Positions 29,001 to 42,088 of a stretch of 64,000 bases of DNA are shown here, piece by piece. Below the pieces are notes generated by a model. That model ran no database searches. It was not told where the DNA came from and saw only the letters and a list, made by a program, of their open reading frames with translations. How positions within the stretch are numbered: position 1 is the first letter of the stretch; each line of letters opens with the position of its first letter. The position numbers and the translations under genes are program-made. The stretch lies in NCBI RefSeq assembly GCF_009914755.1, contig NC_060942.1. The stretch is one strand, 5' to 3'. The stretch is from the human T2T-CHM13v2.0 reference genome, Homo sapiens.

Positions 29001-29087
29001 ATCTCTGTTATGGAATGTGGATCTGGAGGTTTCTCTGTGGAAAGGCTTTTACGTATGCAATTACTATAATAAATACAGGGTCATGAA

Positions 29088-29290
29088 TGTGATGGTTAGT
29101 TTCAGGTACCAACTTGTCTGTATTAGGGAACACCTGAGGGTAAAACATTATTTAATCTAGTTTTCACTAGGTCTCAGCTCATATATCTCAGAGATATACA
29201 ACATGACAATATAAAATTTAGAACTTTCCTCATATCTACCAGGTAATTTTTGGTGTGAGGAGGTACTAGTATATTTCCTAGAAGACCAAA
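29088..29290 (+). mobile_element. MLT2 (ERVL LTR) 5' fragment
   Basis: TGTGATGGTTAGTTTCAGGTACCAACTTG..GGTAAAACATTATT. Confidence 0.6.
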
Positions 29291-29590
29291 TATGGCTTTT
29301 CCCTCATGATAGACTCTTGTATACTAAATGCATTCCCACCCAGCCTCCTGATGTATAAGAACACGCACCACAAAACCATGAGGTGTCTGATAACCTGTTC
29401 TGTCATCACTCAAAGAATGAGGTTAAATATTTTAAAACTTATAATTTAAAAAATATTTAGGAATATACTCATTGAAGACTTTGGCGAACCTAAATTTCCA
29501 ATCTGAAGTTCAGCATCACTTTGACCAGAAAAAAAAAATTAAATTTATAGGTTGGCCAATGTCATTATTCACAGAAGAAATTGGACTTCT

Positions 29591-29914
<324 letters not shown>

Positions 29915-30843
29915 TTATACTGGGGAAGAAATATTGCTCACTTTTAAAAGAATCTTTTTAATGGCATACATAATAGAGAATAATTTAGACTAATTTTCTT
30001 AAATGGGAATCTTCTTCAGATGTTTATTTAACTCTTGCCATGTAATAATTGTTTTAAGGTTAAGATGGCTTTTTTCTTTTCCAAGATTATCACAATTTCA
30101 CATAATAGTCTAATTAAGAATGGGTTGGGGTACCTGAGTCTGCACTTAATCAAATTTGATTCATTATGAGAAGAAAGGTTATAAACTTGAGGGCACTATT
30201 CACTCATGAAGAAATTATCAGAGGCCCTTGTACCTATAAAACTCTCCTATAATGCAGTTGTGTGGTGATTACAGTGGTGATGGCGGTGAACATGTGCCTT
30301 TATGTCTATGAAGGATTTGCTTCTGCCAGTGGATGAGCCAATCTATTTTGTGCTTGCTTCAGTTTTATTTGCATGCTATGTTCATATTTAGATAAAGCCC
30401 ATTATAATAGTGGAGTCTCGGTAGGATAGATATGTGGAACGTCGAGGATCATTTGTTATCTTGACAGCAAGAGTAGTCCTATGCCCAGCTGCAACAGGGG
30501 ACATGTATTCTAGGTTACTGAGGTGACTTGAAATTTTTCTGCTATGATTATAGGGCTCATATTTTCATCCAGTGCCGCCCATATCTTGATGTTCTTAAGG
30601 AACTCCTTGCTGTTAACATGGGGTTCTACTATGTTCCATGGTCAGGTGGGGTGGTAAAGTGAAATCTTTTGGAACTTTTTTGGTATCTTGCATATGATTT
30701 ACTCTCCTGTTAGAAAAATAAAGCAATGCTATGACTATAAATTGCATGGGTTTTCTTTTTTAAAATAAGTAATCTAGAAAAAAACAGTAGTTTGATTATT
30801 AGCTATTAACTTGTATTCTAATGGAGTTTAAACCAAGTAAGGT

Positions 30844-30869
<26 letters not shown>
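30844..30869. repeat. (CA)n microsatellite
   Basis: Directly visible. Confidence 0.97.
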
Positions 30870-30874
<5 letters not shown>

Positions 30875-31750
30875 ATAAAATAAGTTGTAGAGTAACATGA
30901 ATGTATGTGACATTAGTCCATGCAGGCATTGCCATCTTTTAGACTGTATCCTCTACAGTGGTTTTACTATTTTCTAAAGTACACTTATATCGCTTTCCAG
31001 CTCAAAAGCCAGCTGATTCTCTGTTCCTTCTTGAGTCAAGTTCAAGTCTCTAGGAAACCTATAAGATCAAGTATTTCCACAATCTGGCTCCTGCCTAGAT
31101 TTCCAAAGCTATAGTCTTTATTCCTTTTAATGTACTTTGGGGATCGGTATTAAATAATCCATTGCCTGGTAACTACATATTTCTTGGCTTATTTTTTACT
31201 TTTCCCATTTTGATGTAGTTCTTGGATTACGTTTCTACAATCTAGCGTACTGCCTCATTACCACTGTGAAGAAATGTAAGCATCTCCCTAAAGTCTTCCT
31301 TACTTACTCACCATTGGACCTTACTTACTTTTCCAATTTTATAGTACTTTCTTTTTTTTAATATTCTTAATATTCCTTTCGCGAACTTTATTACTTTACA
31401 ACTTACACCATTTTACAATCTGAATTATGTTTGAAAACAGAACCCATAACTGTTTTTCTGTATATATTTTCCATAACCTGATGCTGAAAACAGAATATGT
31501 TGCAAAGAAATGTTGGAAATTTTTGCTCTTACTTTTTAGTCATAAATCTTCATGGCAAGCACACTGGAGATTTTTATTTTTAAATTTCATACTCCGTAGT
31601 TACATACAATATTCCCTATTGTTGTTATATAATCTGGCTTTTCCTAGGTTTGATTAAACTAAATCATCTAATATGTTTTTTATTGAGAATTTTTATTAAT
31701 ATGTTCCATCAGAGTATCTCTCAAAAAATGTGTATTAAAGGCAAATATAA

Positions 31751-32060
<310 letters not shown>

Positions 32061-32247
32061 CCAAAATGACTTTGAACTAATTTCAGTAATCTCTTCTTGG
32101 TTCCCTACTCCCTTTAGAATCCTTTAAGATAAATATTTCTGGACACCAAAATACTCAATGTGAGGATATAATGAAATAAAAATGCAAACTTTACATGCAT
32201 ATTATGGAAAATAATAATTGACTAACTCTCTAAAAACAAAAATAATT

Positions 32248-34124
32248 ATTTTTTATCAATTAAAAATGTTGATAGGTACATATTAGGTGTGCGTATTTTG
32301 GGGGCACATTAAGACATTTCGAGAATGGCATACAATGCTTAATAATCATGTCAGGGTAAACAGAGGTATCCTTCACCTCAAGCATTTATCATGTCTTTGT
32401 GTTACAAATATTCTATTATAATCTTTCAGTTATTTAAAAATGTACAATAAATTACTGGTGAGTGTAATCACCCTGTCACCCTATAGGATTTTTCCTATAG
32501 AGTTGTTTGTGCTCCTTATATATTCTGTATTAATCTCTTGTCAGATCGATAGTTTGCACATATTTTCTCCCATTCTGTGGGTTGTCTCTTCACTTCATTG
32601 CTTGTTTCCTTTGCTCTGCAGAGGCTTTTTAACTTGATGTGATCCCGTTTCTCCATTTTTCCTTTGGTTGTCTGTGCTCATGGCGTATTAGTCAAAAAAA
32701 ATTTGCCAATGCCCTGGAGAGCTTCCCCAGTGTTTTCTTGAAGTAGTTTCATAGATTTAGACCTTAGATTTAAGTCTTTAACCCATTTGATTTCATTTTG
32801 TTATATGGCAATAGATAGAGGTCTAGTTTTGTTCTTTTGTAAGATATCCAGTTTTCCCAGCACCATTTATTGAGGAGACTGTCTTTTCCCCAGTGTATCT
32901 TCTCAGCACATTGGTAAAAAATGAGTTCACTGTGGGTGTGTGCATTGGTCTCTGTGTTCTCTATTCTGTTCCATTAATCTGTGTGTCTGTTTTTATGGCA
33001 GTACTATGCTGTTTTGGTTACTGTAGCTCTATAATATAATCTGAATTAAGGTAATGTGATTCACCAGTTTTGTTCTTTTTGTTCAGGATAGGTTTGGCTA
33101 TTCTGGGTCTTTTGTGATTCCATATAAATTTTAGGATTGTTTGTTCTATTTCTATAAAGAATGTAATTGATATTTTGATTGCATTGAAACTGTAGATTGC
33201 TTTGGGTATACAGACGTTTTCATGATATTGATTCTTCCAATCCATGAACATGGAATATCTTTTCATTTATTGGTGTCCTCTTCAATTTCTTTTATCAGTG
33301 ATTTACAATTTTTATTATAGAGATCTTTCACCTCTTTAATTCATAGATATTTACATTTATGTGTTGTTATTGTAAAATGAGATTGTTTCTTGTTTTCTGT
33401 TTCAGATTGTTCACTGTTGGCATATAGAAATGCTAGTGATTTTGTGTGTTGGTTTTGTATCCTGCAACTTTACTGAATTTGGTTATTCATTTTTATAGTT
33501 TTTTGGTGGAATCCTTAGGTTTTTTTCAAATACAAGATCGTATCATCTGCAAACAAGGATAATTTAATTTATAATAATAATTTATAAATTAATAATTTAT
33601 AAAAAAGAAATTTAATTTCTTTTTTAATTTGGACTTCTTTATATCTTTCTATAGTCTGATTGTTCTAGCTAGGACTAGTGGTAATATGTCGAATAACAGC
33701 AGTGAAAGTTGTCATCCTTGGCATGGTCAAGATCTTACAGGAAAGGCGTTCAGTTTTTCCCCATTCAGTATGATACTAGATGTGGGTCTATCGTATATGG
33801 CTTTTGTTGTATTGAGGTATATAACTTCTATACCCAGCTTTTTGAGGGTTTTCCTTTGGAAGGAATGCTGAATTTTATCAAATGCTTTTTCAGCCTCAAT
33901 TAAAATGATCATATAGTTTTTGTCCTTCATTCTGTTGATATAATGTATTACATCGTTTATTTGCATATGTTGAACCATCCTTGCATAGCTGGGATAAATC
34001 CCACTTGGTTATGATAAACCACTTTTTTAATATTTTGGTAAATTTGGTTTGCTAGTATTTTATTGAGGATTTTTGCATCAATGTTTGTCAGGGATGTGTG
34101 TCTGTAGTTTTCTTTTCTTTCTCT

Positions 34125-34156
<32 letters not shown>

Positions 34157-36560
34157 CTCTCATCTCCCTCTCTCTTTCTCTCTTTCTTTCTTTCTTTCCC
34201 TTTTTAATGTGTCTTTGTCTGGTTTTGGTATCAGAGTAACACTGGCCTTGTGGAATGATTTTGAAAATACTCCCTCCTCCTCTATTTTTTTGAATAGTTT
34301 GAGTAGGATTTGTATTAGTTCTTTTTAAATGTTTGGTAAAATTCGTCAATGGAGCCTTTTGGGTCCTGAGCTTTTCTTTGGTGGGAGAGTTTTTATTATA
34401 CCTTATAGCCCATTACTTTTTATTGGTCTATTCAGGTTTGGATTTCTTTATGGTTCAATATTGGTAGGTTGCGTGTGTCTAGGAACTTATCCATTTCTTC
34501 TAGGTTTTCCAATTTATTGTCATATAGTTGTTCATAGTAGTCTCTTATGATCCTTTGAATTTCTTCAGTATCCATGGTAATTTGTCCTTTTTCTTCTCAG
34601 ATTTTATTTATTTGGGTCTTCGCTCTTTTTTTCTTAGTCGATCTGGCTGAAGGCTCATAACAAATTTATCTTTTCAAACACCAACATTTTGTTTCATTGA
34701 TCTTTTTTATTTTAATTTCTTTTATTTCTGCTCTGATCTCTCTTTTTTTCTGCTAATTTGGATTTGGTCTGCTGTTGCTTTTCTAGTCCTTTAAAATGCA
34801 TCAATAGGTTGCTTCTTTGATGTTTTCTTGTGTACTTTTTTTTTTTATGTAAGCACTATTGCTATAAACTTTCCTCTTGGTACTTCTTTTGCTCTATCCC
34901 ATATGTTTTGTTATGCTGTATTTTGATTTTTATGTGTTTAAAGAATTTTTAAATTTTCTTTCTTAATTTCTTCATTGACCCACTGGTCATTTATGAATAT
35001 ATTGTTTAATTTGTATGTGTTTGTATAGCTTCCAAATTTCCTCTTGTTATTGATTTCTAGTTTTATTCCACTGTGTTCAGAGAAGTTACTTGATATGATT
35101 TCTTTTTTAAAAAAACTTTAAAAACTTGTTTCGTGAACTAACACATGGTATATTCTTGATAATAATACATGTGCTGAAAAGAAGAACGTGTGTTCTGAGG
35201 CATTTGCATGAAATGTTTTGTATATATCTATTAGATCTATTTGATCTATAGTGTAGATTAAGTCCAATGTTTCTTTGTTAATTTTCTGTCTGGAACATAC
35301 ATCCAATACTGAAAGTGGTGTGTTGATGTCTCCAGTTATTATTATATTGGGGTCTATCTCTCCCTTTAGCTCTAATAATATCTGCCTTATATATATCTAG
35401 GTGCCCCAGGGTTAGGTACATATGTATTTATAATTGTTATATTCTCTTGCTGAATTGACTCCTTTATCATTATATAGTGACCTATTTTGTCTCTTCCTAT
35501 AGTTTTTGTCTTGAAATCTATTTTGTCAGATATAAGTGTAGTGACTCCTGCTCTTTTTTGGGTTTTATTGGCATGGAATATATTTCTTCATCCCTTTATA
35601 TGTATCTTCATAACAGATGTGTGCATCTGGGATCTTTTAAAAAATACATTCAGTCATTCTATGTCTTTTGTTTGGAGAGTTTAGTCAATTTACATTCCAT
35701 GTTATTATTGATAAGTAAGAACTTACTCCAACCATTTTGTTATTTGTTTTCTGATTGTCTACTGGTCTTCTCTTCTTTCTTTCCTTCCTTCCTATATTCC
35801 TTTCAGGGAAGGTGATTTTCTCTGGCGGTATGCTTTAATTTCTTGTTTATTATCTTTTCTGTATATGTTGTAGTTTTTTTTAATTACTATTTGAGGTGAC
35901 CATGAGGTGTGTAAATTAAATCTTATAATTCATTATTTTAAAGTGATGACAGGTTAACACTGGCTTTAAAAAACTAATAAAAAAGCCAAGAGAAAACTGA
36001 TAAAAACTCTGCACTTCAGCTTTATTCCCCCAATTTTTAAACTTTTTGTTTTGTCTGTTTATACCTTATTATACTATGTTTTGAAAAGTTGTTGCAGTTA
36101 GTATTTTTGATAGATTTGTCTTTTAGTCTTTCTATTCAAGATATGAGTAGTTTACATACCACAGTTACAGTGTTACAATATTCTGTGTTTCTCTGTGGAC
36201 TTAGAATTACCAGTGAGTATTGTACCTTCACATGATTTCTTATTGCTCATTAACATCTTTTGCTTTCAGACTGAAGAACTCCCTTTAGCATTTCTTGTAG
36301 GACAGGTCAGGTATTGATTAAATCCTTCAGCTTTTGTTTGTCTGGGAAAGTCTTTATTTCTCCTTCATGTTTAAAAGATATTTTTGCCAGATATACTATT
36401 CTAGGATAAAAGGTTTTTTTTATTTTTTTTCTTCATTACTTTAAATATCTCACGCCAATCTCTACTGGCCTGTGAGAGGTTTCCACTGTGAAGGTTGCTG
36501 CCAGATATATTGGAACCCCTTTGTATGCTATTTGTGTCTTTTCTCGTGCTTTTTTTAGGA
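32248..36560 (-). mobile_element. Long L1MA (L1MA3/4-like): 3' end, ORF2 pseudogene and part of ORF1
   Basis: Minus ORFs give L1 ORF2 peptides: [73 protein letters not shown]. Multiple stops and frameshifts. Confidence 0.96.
34108..34205. repeat. (CT/TC)-rich simple repeat inside L1
   Basis: Directly visible. Explains the ERERER run in ORF 33957-34349. Confidence 0.93.
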
Positions 36561-36562
36561 TC

Positions 36563-36862
<300 letters not shown>

Positions 36863-36997
36863 CCACTAAATCGGCCCTGAGAGTAGATTAAAATTGGAGG
36901 TATTATGACATAATGTTTAAAGTAGTATTTTTTGTTGTTCATAGAAGTAAATATAATGGCTGAAAATACGTGCTAGCTCTCTATAAATATTTATATC

Positions 36998-38138
36998 TGA
37001 CAGAAGACCTTGTATCTAGAATGTACAAATATTTTTTTCAAATAAATTAAAAAGACAAAACAACAAAGGGGGAAATACGCAAACACATAATTTTAAAAAT
37101 AAGATACCTGAATAACCTAAGACACACAGAATGCTGCTCAACATCATTAGAATTTAGAGATATACAAATTAAAATCAAAATAAAATACCACTTTACAACC
37201 ACTAGAAGACTGAAGTTAAAAAGCCTGACAACCCCGGGCATTGGCTAGATGTGAAGCACCTTGAAGTTTTGTTCATTTCTCATAGGAATATAAAAAGGTT
37301 AATCACTTACAAATTCAAACATATATTCCCATGACCTCACAAAAAAGACTTGTACGTCATATCTCAAATCTGTAAATGACCAAAATGTTCATTAACATGG
37401 CCATAAATAAACAGATGCTTGTATACTTATACAATAATGTAAATAAAAAGAATGAACTACTGGCACACACAATATTGACAAATCATGACATGCTATGCTG
37501 AGTGAAAGAACAAACACATAAAAGACATGCAATACAATTTTATTGTTTTTCTTTCTAATTCAAGACCAGATAAAACTACTCTATCAAGATAGAAATCAAA
37601 ACAGTGGATACCTGTGAAAAGGTGGGAATTAACTGCAAGGGACCATGAGGGAACCTTCTGGGGAGATGGAAATATTCTATATCTTAAGTGGGTGGTTGTT
37701 ATGCAAATATATATGCTATGGTCTCAATATGTCCACCAAAATTTATGTTTTGAAAACTTAATCCACAATTCAATAGTGTTTGAAGGTGGGGTCTTTGGGA
37801 GATGTTTAGGTCATAAAGGCTCTGCCTTCATGAGTGGATTAATGCTGCTTAAAAAGGGCTTTCAGGATTGGGTGTGCACTCTCTTGCCTTTCTTCCACAT
37901 AAAAACACAGCAAGAAGAACCTCACAAGATAGATACCAGTGCCCTGATCTTGGACTTCCCAGCCACCAGAACTGTGAGAAATACACTTCTATTATTTACA
38001 TATTACCCAGTCTCAAATATTCTGTTATAGCAGCACGGAACAGACTAAGACAGTATATGTTTGTAAAATACCATTGAATTGTGTGCTTATGAATTATTCA
38101 TTTTCCATATGTAAATTTTACCTTCATTAAGAAAAAAT
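36998..38138 (+). mobile_element. Old L1 (L1ME/MB-like) 3' region split by an LTR
   Basis: CTTGTATCTAGAAT, ATGCTCAACATCATTAG-like motif, GGAACCTTCTGGGGAGATGGAAATATTCTATATCTT. Confidence 0.8.
37714..38052 (+). mobile_element. MaLR solo LTR (MSTD/MLT1A-like)
   Basis: TGCTATGGTCT...CAGACTAAGACA. 5-bp flanks ATATA/GTATA. Confidence 0.88.
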
Positions 38139-40286
38139 ACAATGAAATCTCCCTTTTTATATTAGTTGTAAAGCTACTATGAATTAGGCTTTAGAATATT
38201 TTTATATTCTAATAAATTCAATGAATTTTCAGGGCAACAAAAACAGTAAAATTGCTATTACTATATTCTCTAGAACTTAAAGAAATTTAAAGAAAATGTA
38301 TTATTTTTAAATAAACATTCTTATTCTCTAATATAGATTTAAGTCTTGAAATTGGAAGTAAAACTCTACAAACTGTGAAACATAAAAGCAATATAATCTG
38401 AAGCTATTAAATCTGTTTATCAATTAAAAATCACATTGAAATAACTTAATTATCAATTTACAGATTAAACTATAGAGTCACTATTAAAAATTAATCATTT
38501 TTACAAGCTTAAAAGAATTTAGTCATCATATTTAGTAATTTTTTGGAATACAAAGGCGACAGTATTAATTTTCACATCACTGATAAAAGCAATTTAAATT
38601 ACACTAGCATTGAAATTTCAGTTTTAAGTTGTAACGTTAGTGATTATTAATCATAATCAATGTAAATTTGTTAATGCCAATTGAGTAGGTTGATGACGAT
38701 GCTCATTTATGAATGATATACAATACTTTTCAGTTGTAATAAAATATATTAAGGTTTTTTTTACTTTCACGGTTTTTAAACAATATGAATTATTTTTCAA
38801 GCTTTATTAGGCTTAATATGCTATGATATATAATCATTGATATGACCAAGATTTGCTGATAAATAATTCCAAATTAATATTTCATTTTAATGCCTATTTC
38901 TTAGGCCTTAACTCCAGGTTCTAAATTTAGTACTAAGTAGCAATAAGCTAGGAAATATGCATTCATCAAAACCATTTTAAAATATCCAATGCCTCAATAT
39001 ATTAGAAAGCGAGTATTCTTTAGCCTGCAGAAAGTTAAGTATAAAAATTAGGTTTTGAATTTTTATATATGAACTTAATTTCAGCAGACACTTTTAAGGA
39101 CCCCTCAATGCACTATATGTAACTACCAGTAGTCCAATTGTCATTGTGGTTTAAATAATCAGTAGTAAAGACAAGAAGCCTAACTAGCCATCTGGAGATA
39201 GAATGCAGAAGAGAATTGGATTATATTCTCTTTCCTCAGCCCAGTAATGGCCAGGGAAGTGACAACAGTAGTCATGTATCATTGCTATAGGCAGGGGAAT
39301 AATTTTTTCTTCCTACTAATCCATTCCATGCTAAGCCTTATGACTGGGCTACACTGAGGAGGAGAAGAGGGAACAAGGTCCTTGCCCTTAGCTGCCATTC
39401 ATTGTTATGGAAGATACCTTCTTTCCAGGTTTAACCCTCAACAGCAACAAGCTAGTAATATAATCGTCACCAATTCTGCACAGATAAAAATTTTGTTAAA
39501 TAATCTTTCCTTCTCAGTACATCTGGTTCAAATGCTTGACTTTGCAACAGTGTTTCCCAATATTCCCACCTTCCTGAGATGATTGGAATGAGGATTGTTG
39601 TAAATTATACTAACAAGAATCAGCAATAAAATATCTGTGGAAAATACGCAAAAAGTCTTACAAAGGCTTAGAAATAGACATAAGAAGGTGTATATTTGCA
39701 TTACAAATGTATCAGTGTTTTTTTAGTTAACTTTGTTATGTAATAGAACCAATGTCACTTTTTGAGGAAACTTGACAACATATTATTTTAAAGGTTGTCT
39801 GAAATAATAATAAGAGGCAAAGAAAAAAAAAGCCAAAACAAATAGGAAGATATATAATTAAGGGTATGTTGTAGGGGTTAGACCAAGCAGAGATTATAAA
39901 ATATTATACAAAAACAATAGCCAAGTTACCCAAGAATAATACATCAAACTTAAAAATGGCATTTGTTACACAGGAAAATTTAATATATTAAAAATAAGTC
40001 ATTTCTAATTAATTGGAAAAGAGAGGTTATTTAATCATTGTTACACAAGTAATTTTGTTGTTATATAGGAAGAAAAAATCAATTGAATTTATCTTATAGG
40101 TGAATTAAAGAGTGAAATATGCAAACGTACACATTAAACAAATACCCAAACTCTTTTCACTGCAGTCTCTCCACTTGTGACCATGTTGGCTGTTCCTAGT
40201 AACCCTCATGTTGGTTATTTCCTCCTGTAGCAACTGGAACTTGTAATAGCACAATTCTAAGATGGTCCCCAAGATTACTGCACCTT

Positions 40287-40740
40287 TGTTAGGGAAACAG
40301 GAACATAGAGCCAGAGAGACACCCACCATTTTAAAAATCAGCTCCATCTTAAAATTTGCAAGGCATATTCTTTGCCATTCACATGGTCATAAGATGTCTA
40401 TGGCTAAGGAAGCTGCTTAGTGATGCCTGCAAAGACAAACTCCTGAACAACCAAGTGTTCAAATGCCCTGATATGGAATAACAATACATACTTTAAAGAT
40501 GATTACAGTCATGCTTTGATGTACTTATGCACCCAAATGCCAAGGATAACTTTCTTTAAATCAACAAGTAATTAATTTGGACACACTGTGAGCCCACCCG
40601 CATGTAGACATAACTTAGCTTAGCTTTTATATCAGTACGATCCTTACATAAGAAGAGTTTAAAACAAAGACAGAGCATTCCTCCTCTTGCTTTCTGGGTA
40701 TGCCTTACTCTAGCTGAAACCTTTAGAAGTTTCTCTAACA
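40287..40740 (+). mobile_element. Solo LTR (LTR47-like)
   Basis: TGTTAGGGAAACAGGA..CACCATTTTAAAAATCAGCTCCATCTTAAAA..ATGCTTTGATGTACTTA..AGCCCACCCGCA. Family name from recall, 3' end uncertain. Confidence 0.7.
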
Positions 40741-40889
40741 GTCCTGGTACTGAAATGGGTCCAATTAAACTTGCTCTGTCGGCCAAGGACCTGCCTCTAT
40801 TTTATTATCATAGCCATCTTTTACAGAAATTCCATGTCTATGGAGCTGACTTGTAGTTGGGTGAATTATGGAAGCATTTTCCCCTAAGG

Positions 40890-41500
40890 CTACTCATTTA
40901 CTTGTCACCTGGATCTTTTCCAACCTTGCCTAACCTATAAATTGCCCTCTCTCTCTTGCATAATCCTTGTTTTCCTTTTTAATTAAACTATTCCCATTAC
41001 CTCTTGAACATACTGAAATTGCTCCCATCTAAAAAAAAAAAAAAAAAGAAAGAAAAACCTGTTCACTGACCTTGCACCTCCTTTCAGTTACCACTCCAAA
41101 TCTCAATTCTTTACCACCGAATGCACTTCCTGCTGCCCTTTTTCTCTTTTGCATACTGCAATCAGGCTTTTATCCCAGACAATTGATTAAAATTGCTCTT
41201 GTAAAGGTCTCAAATGATTTCCATGTCACCAAATCCTAGTCAGACTTTATCTCACTCCACCTATCAGCAATGAAGAACACAGGCCACGCTATCCTTATTA
41301 AAACACATTCTTCATTTGGCCTCCCAGAAACACTATCTCTTGATTATCCTCTGACCATACTGGCCTTTACTTTTCAGTCTTCTTTGATGAATTCTCATCT
41401 TGTGGACCTCTAAATGCTGGGGAACCTTAGAGTTCTGTCTTTGTACTAGTCCTTTTCTCTATCTGTTGTCTCTTAATAGATAATATCATGTAACCCCTCA
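40890..41500 (+). mobile_element. L2 ORF2 (RT) remnant
   Basis: CAATCAGGCTTT..AAAATTGCTCTTGTAAAGGTCTCAAATGATTTCCATG matches QSGF..ETAL.KV.NDL. Confidence 0.8.
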
Positions 41501-42088
41501 CCTTACATTTCAGATATAAATGAAATATATACTGAATACTCCATGGGAATGAAAGGATTCTCAGCAAGGCTATAACCTATTCCTCCACTACTTAGAAATC
41601 TGAGAAACAATAAGAACTCTATAAAAAAAATCTTTCTAAATCTACTAAAAAAGAGCTCTTGGCAAGTAAATATAGTAATGATATTTACTAGAGGAGCAAT
41701 CATGGTAAGTCTCTATCTGTATGAAAATTTTTGCATGATATAGCTGGTCTGAAAATGTTGCTTATTGTATTAAAAAGTTGGACTATGTGCATTTATAGTA
41801 AAATTCCTGGATGAAGAATGGCAAGTAAAGGATATAATTAACAGGTGCGAGATGATGAGTTTAAGATGAAAATATTCCATGATAATTGCTTTGTCTATGA
41901 AAAATAATTTTACAGCCATTGCTCAAACACCTTGTCTATTAACTTGAAATTAAATTGCATCCTAATACAAGAAAACTTAGCAAATGATTTTATGAAGGGT
42001 CCGGCAGAAGTCAACCGTGTCAGTGTGATAAAACTGATGCTTACCGTTTTGCTAAAACCAAGAAGACCTATTAAAAAAAAAGTGCCTA

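Noticed and set aside
33018-35306. Reverse transcriptase/endonuclease-like ORFs as a novel retro-system
   Set aside because: Ordinary fragmented L1 ORF2 pseudogene.
41741-41790. AGCTGGTCTGAA resembling a Y RNA 5' end
   Set aside because: Similarity does not extend beyond ~12 nt.
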